Shown: positions 18,823 to 27,540 of the stretch, piece after piece | How positions within the stretch are numbered: the stretch's first letter is position 1 | Layout of the letters: each line of letters opens with the position of its first letter | Assembly: GCA_017471245.1 (NCBI GenBank) | Contig: JAFUVB010000064.1 | Location: 49,270-113,269 of the forward strand | DNA length: 64,000 nucleotides | From: Prevotella sp. | Lineage (GTDB): Bacteria; Bacteroidota; Bacteroidia; Bacteroidales; Bacteroidaceae | Reading direction: 5' to 3' | The notes under the pieces: model-generated | What the model was told of the DNA's origin: nothing | Databases searched by the model: none | The model's input: the letters and a program-made list of their open reading frames with translations, nothing else | Made by a program: the position numbers and the translations under genes

Positions 18823-20106
18823 ATGAAGAGAATAATAACAACGCTGATGGTTCTGATGATGTTCACAGTAGTATCATCACAGATTCGCGGCACTGAAATC
18901 AATGTGACAGTTACCCCCGACCATAAAGATTGGAACTATCAGGTGGGCGAAAAGTGCAAATTCGTGGTAAATGTCTTGAAGTCAGGAACGTTATTAGATA
19001 ACGTTGAAGTAGACTATGAGGCAGGTCCTGAGATGTATCCCGAGGTTAAAAAGGCGGGTGTAACGCTGAAAGACGGCACGATGAAGTGGACAGGACAGAT
19101 GAGCAAGCCCGGTTTCTATCGCCTGAAGGTGACCGCCCATGTTGGCGGAAGAGACTATACGGGATGTTGCACGGCGGCTTACAGCCCCGAAAAGCTCAGT
19201 CCAACCACCGTAGACCCGCAAGATTTCGATGCATTCTGGCAGAAAGCGCTCGAAGAAGCGCGCTGGACGTCGCTCCAACCCACACGTGAGCTGCTGCCGG
19301 AACGGTGCACCGAGGAGGTGAATGTCTATCAGGTGAGCTTTCAGAACATCCGATGGGGCAGCCGAACCTACGGTATCCTCTGCATTCCCACTAAACCTGG
19401 CAAGTATCCGGCACTGCTTCGGGTGCCGGGAGCTGGCATTCGGCCCTACGAAGGCGACAAATGGACGGCCGCCAAGGGATGTATCACGCTCGAAATCGGC
19501 ATCCACGGCATCCCTGTAACCATGGCGCAAGACTATTATGACAAGCTTGCACAGGGCGCATTGAACTGTTATTGGCAGTTCAATATCAACGACCGCGATG
19601 CCAATTACTACAAGCGCGTGTTCGTGGGGGCTGTTCGCGCCATCGATTACATAGCAACCCTGCCCGAGTGGAACGGCGAGAAGCTGGGCGTTACCGGCAG
19701 TTCGCAGGGCGGAATGCTGTCGTTGGTGTGCGCCGCATTGGATAAACGAGTGACCTGTTACGGTGCCGTGCATGCTGCCATGTGCGATCATACCGCCTCA
19801 TTGCAGCACATTGCCTGCGGATGGCCGCATTATTTCTACGGAAAACAGCATGTTGACCAGAAGGAAGTGGAAGCTTCGCGCTATTACGACGGTGTGAATT
19901 TCGCCCGCAGAATCACCTCTCCGGGCTGGTTCTCATTCGGTTACAACGACGATGTGGTGCCTCCCACCACGGCGTTTGCCACCTATAACACCGTAAAAGC
20001 ACCCAAGGAGCTGCACGTTTACCAACAAACAGCCCACTTCTGGTATCAGGAACAGTGGGACGAATGGTGCGCTTGGCTATACAAGCAGTTAGGAATCAAC
20101 AATTAA
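18823..20106 (+). CDS. Acetylxylan/acetylmannan esterase (CE7-like)
   Basis: LLRVPGAG, GSSQGG nucleophile, NDDVVPP and a His near the C-terminus (AHFW); signal peptide. Confidence 0.88.
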   Translation: MKRIITTLMVLMMFTVVSSQIRGTEINVTVTPDHKDWNYQVGEKCKFVVNVLKSGTLLDNVEVDYEAGPEMYPEVKKAGVTLKDGTMKWTGQMSKPGFYRLKVTAHVGGRDYTGCCTAAYSPEKLSPTTVDPQDFDAFWQKALEEARWTSLQPTRELLPERCTEEVNVYQVSFQNIRWGSRTYGILCIPTKPGKYPALLRVPGAGIRPYEGDKWTAAKGCITLEIGIHGIPVTMAQDYYDKLAQGALNCYWQFNINDRDANYYKRVFVGAVRAIDYIATLPEWNGEKLGVTGSSQGGMLSLVCAALDKRVTCYGAVHAAMCDHTASLQHIACGWPHYFYGKQHVDQKEVEASRYYDGVNFARRITSPGWFSFGYNDDVVPPTTAFATYNTVKAPKELHVYQQTAHFWYQEQWDEWCAWLYKQLGINN

Positions 20107-20127
20107 TCATTTAATCATAAGATAGCA

Positions 20128-21213
20128 ATGACGAAGAAAAAGCTGGCATGCATTGCCGCTGCCATGGTGCTTGTCGGATGTTCCACAACGAAGGAGCAGC
20201 CGAAAAGCATTGCCGGACAGTTGGAAGACAGAATGTGGAAAATAGCAGAAAAAGGATACATGATGGGTCACCAGGACGATCCTTTCTACGGTTTGACGTG
20301 GGAATGGGAAGAAAACCACAGCGATGTGCTTAGCATCGTGGACGACTATCCTGCCATCATGGGCTTCGACCTGGGCGGTATTGAGATGGGCGACGAGAAG
20401 AATCTCGACAGCGTACCGTTCACCCGCATCCGCGAAGAGCTGGTTAAGCATCATGAAAGAGGCGGTATCGTGACCATCAGCTGGCATCCGCGCAACCCGC
20501 TGACTGGCGAAACGGCGTGGGATGTGGAAGATACCACGGTGGTGAAGAGCATCCTTCCCGGCGGCGAACAGCACGAAAAGTTCCAGACATGGATGCAGCG
20601 CGTGGGCGATTTCCTGAAGAGTTTGAAGACTTCCGACGGCACGCCCGTGCCTATTATCTTCCGTCCGTTCCACGAAAACAATGGCTCCTGGTTCTGGTGG
20701 GGACAGAAGTTGTGTTCCGACGAGGAGTTCCACGCACTGTGGAACATGCTGCAAGACTATCTCGGAAGTGAGGGGCTGGACAATCTCTTGTGGAGTTATT
20801 CGCCCAATCTCGACGGCAACTGGACTGAGGAACGTTTCCTTCAGCGCTATCCGGGCAACGATCGCGTGGCGCTGATTGGTATAGATGCCTATCAGTGGGG
20901 TACGGAAGAGGAGTTCAATACCCAGCTGAATGCCGACCTGAAGTTTATCAGCAAGTTTGCCGAAAAGAACAAAAAGCTCTTTGCCTTGACCGAGTGCGGC
21001 TATCAGAACATACCCGATTCCACATGGTTCACGCACGTGTTGAAGCCCATTATGGACAATTACAAAATCAGTTATTTCCATTTGTGGCGCAATTATAAGA
21101 AAGAATACTTCGGACCGGCACCCGAATTGCCATGCGCAGCCGACTTCAAGGCGCTCTATGAAGCACCAAACACGCTGTTCCTGAAGGATATCGCAACGAC
21201 GAAAACAGAATAA
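20128..21213 (+). CDS. GH26 endo-beta-1,4-mannanase (lipoprotein)
   Basis: Lipobox LVGC; MGHQDD, SWHPRNP, FRPFHENNGSWFWWG and ALTECG motifs. Confidence 0.93.
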   Translation: MTKKKLACIAAAMVLVGCSTTKEQPKSIAGQLEDRMWKIAEKGYMMGHQDDPFYGLTWEWEENHSDVLSIVDDYPAIMGFDLGGIEMGDEKNLDSVPFTRIREELVKHHERGGIVTISWHPRNPLTGETAWDVEDTTVVKSILPGGEQHEKFQTWMQRVGDFLKSLKTSDGTPVPIIFRPFHENNGSWFWWGQKLCSDEEFHALWNMLQDYLGSEGLDNLLWSYSPNLDGNWTEERFLQRYPGNDRVALIGIDAYQWGTEEEFNTQLNADLKFISKFAEKNKKLFALTECGYQNIPDSTWFTHVLKPIMDNYKISYFHLWRNYKKEYFGPAPELPCAADFKALYEAPNTLFLKDIATTKTE

Positions 21214-21226
21214 AAAACAGAAGATA

Positions 21227-22417
21227 ATGACAGATTTTGCAAGTAGAGTAGAGGCTCTCAGAGCTCATCACGAACAACTGCTGACGCGCAGAAACATACC
21301 CATGGAGTGGGGGAACGGCATTTACGACAAGTATCAATATCCCATCCTGACGGCAGAACATACGCCCTTGGAGTGGCGTTACGATTTCAACGAGAACGAC
21401 AACCCCTATCTGATGCAGCGAATCATGATGAATGCCACGCTGAACAGTGGTGCCATCAAGTGGAATGGCAAGTATTTGCTCGTGGTGAGGGTAGAGGGCG
21501 CCGACCGCAAGAGCTTCTTTGCCGTGGCAGAAAGTCCCAATGGCATCGACAATTTCCGCTTCTGGGAGGAGCCGATCACCATGCCCGACGACGTGATTCC
21601 TGCAACAAACATCTACGATATGCGCATCACCGCCCATGAAGACGGGTGGATCTACGGTGTGTTCTGTGCCGAAAGGCACGACGACAGCCAGCCCGGCAAC
21701 CTCAGTGCAGCCACTGCCACGGCGGGCATAGCACGCACCAAGGACTTCAAGACATGGCATCGGCTGCCCGACCTGAAGACCAGGAGCCAGCAGCGAAATG
21801 TGGTTCTGCATCCCGAATTCGTTGACGGCAAGTATGCTTTCTATACCCGTCCGCAAGACGGATTTATCGATACAGGTTCAGGAGGTGGCATCGGATGGGC
21901 GCTGGTCGACGATATCACCCACGCCGAGGTAAGGGAAGAGCGCATCATCAATGCCCGCCACTACCACACCATCACAGAAGTGAAGAACGGAGAAGGACCG
22001 CATCCCATCAAGACTGCTAAGGGATGGCTGCACCTCGCCCACGGTGTGCGCGCCACGGCCGACGGTCTGCGCTACGTATTATATATGTATATGACCGCAC
22101 TTGATGACCCTACGCGCGTGATAGCTCAGCCCGGAGGCTTCTTCCTCGTACCCGAGGGCGGCGAATACATAGGCGATGTGATGAACGTAGCATTCGCAAA
22201 CGGATGGATTGCCGACGAAGTGGACAGCAATCACTATGCCAGCGGCAAGGTGTTCATCTATTATGCATCGGCAGATACGCGCATGCACGTGGCTACTTCC
22301 ACCGTTGACAAACTCATAGACTATTGCATGAACACGCCGGAAGACGGACTCTATACGGCATCGAGCGTGGAAACCATCAAGAAACTGGTGGCAAAGAACA
22401 GGCAAAACAATCAATAA
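21227..22417 (+). CDS. GH130 4-O-beta-D-mannosyl-D-glucose phosphorylase
   Basis: YPILTAEHTPLEWRYD, RVEGADRKSFF, QRNVVLHPE, RPQDGFI and KNGEGPHP motifs. Confidence 0.92.
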   Translation: MTDFASRVEALRAHHEQLLTRRNIPMEWGNGIYDKYQYPILTAEHTPLEWRYDFNENDNPYLMQRIMMNATLNSGAIKWNGKYLLVVRVEGADRKSFFAVAESPNGIDNFRFWEEPITMPDDVIPATNIYDMRITAHEDGWIYGVFCAERHDDSQPGNLSAATATAGIARTKDFKTWHRLPDLKTRSQQRNVVLHPEFVDGKYAFYTRPQDGFIDTGSGGGIGWALVDDITHAEVREERIINARHYHTITEVKNGEGPHPIKTAKGWLHLAHGVRATADGLRYVLYMYMTALDDPTRVIAQPGGFFLVPEGGEYIGDVMNVAFANGWIADEVDSNHYASGKVFIYYASADTRMHVATSTVDKLIDYCMNTPEDGLYTASSVETIKKLVAKNRQNNQ

Positions 22418-22441
22418 TCATCATTAAAACCATCATAAATA

Positions 22442-23785
22442 ATGGCAAGTTTAAAAGAAAAGATCGGCTATGCACTCGGTGATGCAGCCGCCGGAGGTAT
22501 CACTTGGAAAATCATGTCTATTGCTTTTCCGCTCTTTTTCACCAATGTATTCGGACTGACAGTGGCTGATACCGCCACGCTGATGCTCATTGCGCGCATG
22601 TTTGATGTGGTTACCGATCCCCTGATGGGCTCTTTGGCCGACCGCACACAGACAAAATGGGGTACTTATCGGCCCTGGCTCATCTTCGGAGCCGTGCCTT
22701 TAGGACTCATCTTCGCGCTTCTGCTCTATACGCCCGACTTCGGACCGGTGGGAAAGCGCATCTATGCCTATACGTTCTATCTGCTGATGATGGCTGTCTA
22801 CACCGCTGTCAACGTGCCTTACGGCTCTTTGCTCGGCGTGATGACTGACGATGACAACGAGAAAAACCAGTTCTCCTCGTTCCGAATGGTGGGAGCCTAT
22901 GCCATGGGATTCATCACCCTGCTGTCGTTTCCTTACCTCCAGAAGATGGTTGGCGGCTCTGATGCCCATCAGTATGCCGTTCTCGGTGCCGGTTTCGGCA
23001 TCCTGGCAACGCTCGGAACGCTTGCCTGCGGCCTGTTAACCAAGGAACGGCTCAAGCCGGTGCGCGCTGAGAAGTTCTCGTTCAAGCCTTTTGCCGACCT
23101 TTTCAAGAACAAACCGTGGATATATCTTACGCTCATCGGCATCTGCACCAACTTTTTCAACGGCTTCCGCTATGCTGTTGCAGGCTATCTGCTCGAATAT
23201 TGCCTCCACGGCGACGTTACCGTGAGCGGACTGATCATCAATTACACCGTGTTCATGACCTTCGGCGAGGTTACATGTATGATTTTCGGCGGCATATCGC
23301 CCAAATTCACGCAGTGGGTAGGCTCCAAGAGCAAGGCATTTGTCATCGCAGCCCTCATCTGTGTTGTGTTCTCGGTGTTGTTCTTCTTCATTCCCATGGA
23401 TCCGTCGTATATCTGGATGATGGTGGCAGTGGTGGTGCTCACCTCTGTGGGCGTGGGTCTCTACTCGCCGCTGCTGTGGTCTATGTATGCAGATGTGGCT
23501 GACTATGCCACGGAAAAGAACGGAACGTCTTCAACCGGACTGATTTTCTCCTCGGGAACCATGGCTCAGAAGTTCGGAACAGCTATCTCCGGCTCTCTGG
23601 TAGCCCTGCTCTTGGGCGTGGCAGGTTTCATTTCGGGCACCGATCCCGCAACAGGCAGCACCATTATCACCATTACCGATGAGGAATCAGTCAGGAATAT
23701 GATATGGGCATTGTTCTCATTGTTCCCCGCTGCCATCGCCTTGATCATGATATTCCTTATTTATAAGTACCCCATCAAGAAGTAA
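22442..23785 (+). CDS. GPH-family (MFS) sugar:cation symporter, likely for mannobiose or mannosylglucose
   Basis: EKIGYALGD, DVVTDPLMG...ADRTQTKWGTYRPW, NVPYGSL and ADVADY; about 12 transmembrane segments. Confidence 0.92.
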   Translation: MASLKEKIGYALGDAAAGGITWKIMSIAFPLFFTNVFGLTVADTATLMLIARMFDVVTDPLMGSLADRTQTKWGTYRPWLIFGAVPLGLIFALLLYTPDFGPVGKRIYAYTFYLLMMAVYTAVNVPYGSLLGVMTDDDNEKNQFSSFRMVGAYAMGFITLLSFPYLQKMVGGSDAHQYAVLGAGFGILATLGTLACGLLTKERLKPVRAEKFSFKPFADLFKNKPWIYLTLIGICTNFFNGFRYAVAGYLLEYCLHGDVTVSGLIINYTVFMTFGEVTCMIFGGISPKFTQWVGSKSKAFVIAALICVVFSVLFFFIPMDPSYIWMMVAVVVLTSVGVGLYSPLLWSMYADVADYATEKNGTSSTGLIFSSGTMAQKFGTAISGSLVALLLGVAGFISGTDPATGSTIITITDEESVRNMIWALFSLFPAAIALIMIFLIYKYPIKK

Positions 23786-23787
23786 CC

Positions 23788-25068
23788 ATGGACCAGCGAG
23801 TGAAAAAACTGAAGCAGGAAGTGCAGGATGTGCTGGAGAATAACATCCTGAAGTTCTGGCTCGACAATATGGTTGACCGCGAAAACGGCGGGTTCTTCGG
23901 GCAGATGACCGGCGAAGGCAAACTGGTGAAGGATGCCGAAAAGGGCGGAATACTTGCCGCCCGCATCCTCTGGTCGTTCTCTGCCGCTTACCGTGTGCTC
24001 GGAAAACAGGAGTATTTGGATGCTGCCACGCGGATGAAAGACTATATCCTGGAGCATTTCTACGATGCGGAGTATGGCGGAACCTATTGGAGCGTTGACT
24101 ATAAAGGGCAGCCCAAGGATACCAAGAAGCAGTTCTATGCCATCGGGTTCATGATCTACGGACTGTCGGAATATGCCCGTGCCACCGGCGACCGCGAAGC
24201 TCTCGACTATGCCATCAATCTGTATGAATGCATCGAAGAGCACTCGCTCGACCGCGAAAACAACGGTTACATCGAGGCATGCACCCGCGAATGGGGCGCG
24301 ATTGCTGACATGCGCCTGTCGGAACTCGATGCCAACTATCCCAAATCACAGAACACTCACCTGCACATTATTGAGCCTTACACCAACCTTTTCCGATGTA
24401 TCAAGGAGATGCAGGCTGCTGAGCAGTGCAATTATGTGCCGGTTTTGGGCTCAGTGCTGCCTGTCGGCATATCCGTTCCGCAGGAAATGGTGACCAGGAT
24501 TGAGGGTTCGCTGCGCAACCTGATAGGAATATTCACCGACAAGATACTGAACAGTGAGACCCATCATCTCGACCTGTTCTTCGAAAACGACTGGACGCGC
24601 GGTGCCGGGGCATTGGAAAGCTACGGACATGACATAGAATGCTCGTGGCTGATGCACGAGGCGGCACTCGTTCTCGGTGATCCCTTTGTGCTCGAAAGGG
24701 TGGAGCGCATCGTGAAAGAGGTGGCGAAGGCGAGCGAAAAGGGGCTGAACGCCGACGGATCGATGGTTCATGAGGCGAATTTAGACACCGGACACGTGGA
24801 TTCCGACCTGCATTGGTGGGTGCAAGCAGAGACCGTGGTGGGCTTTATCAACCTTTACCAGTATTTCGGCGATGAAGACGCGTTGCAGAAAGCTCTTCAT
24901 TGCTGGCAATATATCAAGGACAACCTGATTGATTACGCCCATGGCGAGTGGTATTGGAGCCGCCATGCCGATGGAACACTGAACACCGTTGACGACAAAG
25001 CGGGCTTCTGGAAGTGCCCCTACCACAACAGCCGCATGTGTTTGGAAATCATTGAGCGCGAGTTCTGA
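23788..25068 (+). CDS. AGE-family cellobiose/mannobiose 2-epimerase
   Basis: ARILWSFS, KSQNTHLH, SYGHDIE, WWVQAE and FWKCPYHNSR motifs. Confidence 0.93.
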   Translation: MDQRVKKLKQEVQDVLENNILKFWLDNMVDRENGGFFGQMTGEGKLVKDAEKGGILAARILWSFSAAYRVLGKQEYLDAATRMKDYILEHFYDAEYGGTYWSVDYKGQPKDTKKQFYAIGFMIYGLSEYARATGDREALDYAINLYECIEEHSLDRENNGYIEACTREWGAIADMRLSELDANYPKSQNTHLHIIEPYTNLFRCIKEMQAAEQCNYVPVLGSVLPVGISVPQEMVTRIEGSLRNLIGIFTDKILNSETHHLDLFFENDWTRGAGALESYGHDIECSWLMHEAALVLGDPFVLERVERIVKEVAKASEKGLNADGSMVHEANLDTGHVDSDLHWWVQAETVVGFINLYQYFGDEDALQKALHCWQYIKDNLIDYAHGEWYWSRHADGTLNTVDDKAGFWKCPYHNSRMCLEIIEREF

Positions 25069-25203
25069 TGGCTTTCAGACCGCGCTCTAATGAAAAAATA
25101 TAACATATTATGCTTATTTTCTGGTAATCTGTATCCTTTTTACAAATATTTTTTATATATTTGCAACCAAATAATTTTAATAACTAACATTAATTAATCT
25201 ATT

Positions 25204-26739
25204 ATGAAGAAATTATTTACTTTGTTAATGGGGGGGGTATTTTTCCTTTCTAACAGTGCTCAGGCAGAAGATTTACCTGTAGCAGGTGGTTGGAACTGGT
25301 CTGTTCCTATGTACAGCTGCTCTGTGACTTTTAATAATCAATGGAGCGAATTAGGATTGTGTAAGGCTCTCAAAGACAATTCATTGCCTTTGGCAGACTA
25401 TAAAGGAGTAACAGTTTATTTCGACGAAAATGCCATTCCCGCAGCTGATAAACTTCAGTTTAAAGTGCAAAATGCCACACAAGATGGTCAGTACAGCAGT
25501 AACGATGGATCAGAAACAATGTCAATTACATTTAATGCTGACAACTTTGGTGATGACCAAGTCATCATCCGTGTGAATCTTCAGGCTAAAGAGGCAGGAA
25601 TAACTGCCAAGATCGACAAAGTGGTCCTCATTAAAACTGACGGCACAGAGGTGGACAGCGAGTGCACAGCAGATTGGGACATTGCGCATTCATGGGGAGT
25701 GACAGCCGAAAGTACATCCAAAGTCACCACATTCCAGCAATGGGGGCAGCTTGGCAATTGGAATAATACATTGGAAGAAGGCTATGCTCATGTATACACA
25801 TTCACCTTTGGCGGCAGTGGTGTAGCTGAAGGCGATTTGCAGATTAAGTATACAGATGATAGTGCGATTGATCATTTCTCTGATGTGCCTGCTGGAACAT
25901 CTTTCTCGTATGAAGTAAAAGAGACTTATACAAATTTCTCTCTTCAGGCAAAAAAGGCAACAGAAGTTGAAATACTTTCTATCACTCGTGAGGCACAGGC
26001 TGCCACTCCGCCTATTGAGTTGGATGAATACAAAGAATTTCCAGAGTTAACCCCAGGTGATGTAGTAGACTTAAAGATTATACGTACTTTCAATGTGGGA
26101 TGGAACACAATCAGCGTACCCACCTATTTGACACCTCTCTACATTAAGAAGTTTTTCGGTGCCAATGTTAAAGTTTATGACTTTATCGACTATTCTGATG
26201 GTAAGCTAAACTTCTCTGAGATGGATTTGGTTTCAAATCCAACTAATTGGACAATTGATGGTTATAAGGCTTACTTGATTTATATAACTGATACAGATGC
26301 TCGTGCCTTGACTGGTAAATTCACGATTTATGGTGCTACAGTTCGCGGTAATGCAGATGAAAATGGATTTGTGGTGCCTGGCGGTACTTATGATGAAGCT
26401 TCCAACGTTACATTCAAGGGAACATACGCACCTCTTTCTGGCTCCGATCTCTCTGGAAGCTATGGTGTGCTTGCTGACGGACATGTGAAGAAGGCTGGTC
26501 CGAATGCTTACGTTGGTGGATACCATGCTTATTTCACTGGCATTCCTGCCGCAGCAGAAGCCAAGGGAGTGAAATTGGTGATCGACGGTGCCGAGACAAC
26601 AGGCATTTCTCAGGTTGTTGCAGCGGAGGAAGTGTTCGGCAACGGTGCCGTTTATAACCTCAGCGGTCAGCGCGTAGACGGCAAGAACCTTGCCCCTGGC
26701 ATCTATGTGCGCAACGGAAAGAAATTCATGGTGAAATAA
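25204..26739 (+). CDS. Secreted protein with two N-terminal beta-rich repeats, a 'WNT' domain and a T9SS-like C-terminal tail
   Basis: Signal peptide; RTFNVGWNTISVP...FKGTY...YHAYF; tail ETTGIS...GAVYNLSGQRV...PGIYVRNGKKFMVK. Confidence 0.82.
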   Translation: MKKLFTLLMGGVFFLSNSAQAEDLPVAGGWNWSVPMYSCSVTFNNQWSELGLCKALKDNSLPLADYKGVTVYFDENAIPAADKLQFKVQNATQDGQYSSNDGSETMSITFNADNFGDDQVIIRVNLQAKEAGITAKIDKVVLIKTDGTEVDSECTADWDIAHSWGVTAESTSKVTTFQQWGQLGNWNNTLEEGYAHVYTFTFGGSGVAEGDLQIKYTDDSAIDHFSDVPAGTSFSYEVKETYTNFSLQAKKATEVEILSITREAQAATPPIELDEYKEFPELTPGDVVDLKIIRTFNVGWNTISVPTYLTPLYIKKFFGANVKVYDFIDYSDGKLNFSEMDLVSNPTNWTIDGYKAYLIYITDTDARALTGKFTIYGATVRGNADENGFVVPGGTYDEASNVTFKGTYAPLSGSDLSGSYGVLADGHVKKAGPNAYVGGYHAYFTGIPAAAEAKGVKLVIDGAETTGISQVVAAEEVFGNGAVYNLSGQRVDGKNLAPGIYVRNGKKFMVK

Positions 26740-26765
26740 TTAACACTCAATAAAGCGTAACAATT

Positions 26766-26957
26766 ATGGAAAAGAAATTATATATTGCTCCATTGAGCAC
26801 AGTGAAAGCAGTTGAAGTGGGAAATTTGTTGGATGCTTCTCCCGACTCAGTGTTGGATCCGGAGCTTGAAAACACTTTCGTGATTCCCTCTGACGAAGAA
26901 TACAACGGACGTTTCTCAACGAAGAAGAAGTCCATCTGGTTCTATCTTGATGACTGA
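26766..26957 (+). CDS. 63-aa peptide (MEKKLYIAP...LLDAS...SIW family)
   Basis: ORF 26 nt after the preceding gene, followed by a strong terminator; paralogue at 62276. Confidence 0.8.
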   Translation: MEKKLYIAPLSTVKAVEVGNLLDASPDSVLDPELENTFVIPSDEEYNGRFSTKKKSIWFYLDD

Positions 26958-26991
26958 TAAGTGATTCACGTTGAGTGAAAACGATAAAATG

Positions 26992-27035
26992 AAATCAACT
27001 TCCGCAGGGTTTTCCTTGTGGAAGTTGATTTTTTT
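26992..27035 (+). terminator. Intrinsic terminator closing the large-protein plus peptide unit
   Basis: aaatcaacttccgcaggg / ccttgtggaagttgattt followed by a T-run. Confidence 0.85.
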
Positions 27036-27149
27036 TATCGATAAAGGATGTCTGCAACGTCAAGTTTGGGATGGATTGTGATGCGGATACCCTTGTGTAA
27101 AAACCGAATTATAGTGTATTTGCGTGTAACTATATGACTTTTAATCGTT

Positions 27150-27451
27150 TATCAAAATCGCTGCGTTACCTGCTGCGTTACCCGCTGCGATTATTTCATT
27201 GACCATTGACCATTGACCATTGACCTCGCAGCGGGTAACGCAGCGGGTAACGCAGCGATTTCGATAAGGTTCTGATTATGAGCATTTTACGCGCAGCGAC
27301 GCATCGATTTCGTTTTTCAAGTAGGAGAGCGCGATGTGGATTGCGGAAAAAACATTATCTTTTGTGATGCGAAACATTATCTTTTGTGATGCGAAACATA
27401 CGGTTTCAAATAGCAAAAGCATAGCTTTCGGAGATTGAAAGCTATGCTTTT
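27150..27451. repeat. Composite palindromic element copy 1: 41-bp inverted repeat, (CATTGAC)4 loop and 22-bp-period array
   Basis: Arms 27150-27190 and 27226-27266 (2 mismatches) built from GCTGCGTTACC; array cores at 27349, 27371, 27393, 27415 and 27437. Confidence 0.88.
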
Positions 27452-27540
27452 GCTTGTTCTTTTCTTTATGACGATATAACGTTATATCGTTATAACGAGG
27501 GAAAAAATTCCAATAACTTTGCTTGTTTCATGTTTCTTGT

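Noticed and set aside
26766-26957. Small peptides as toxin-antitoxin components or a complete lasso/RiPP cluster
   Set aside because: They are too short for a PIN or RelE fold and have no antitoxin partner. No cyclase, peptidase, RRE, radical SAM enzyme or exporter is adjacent, so a RiPP role is kept only as an in-trans hypothesis.
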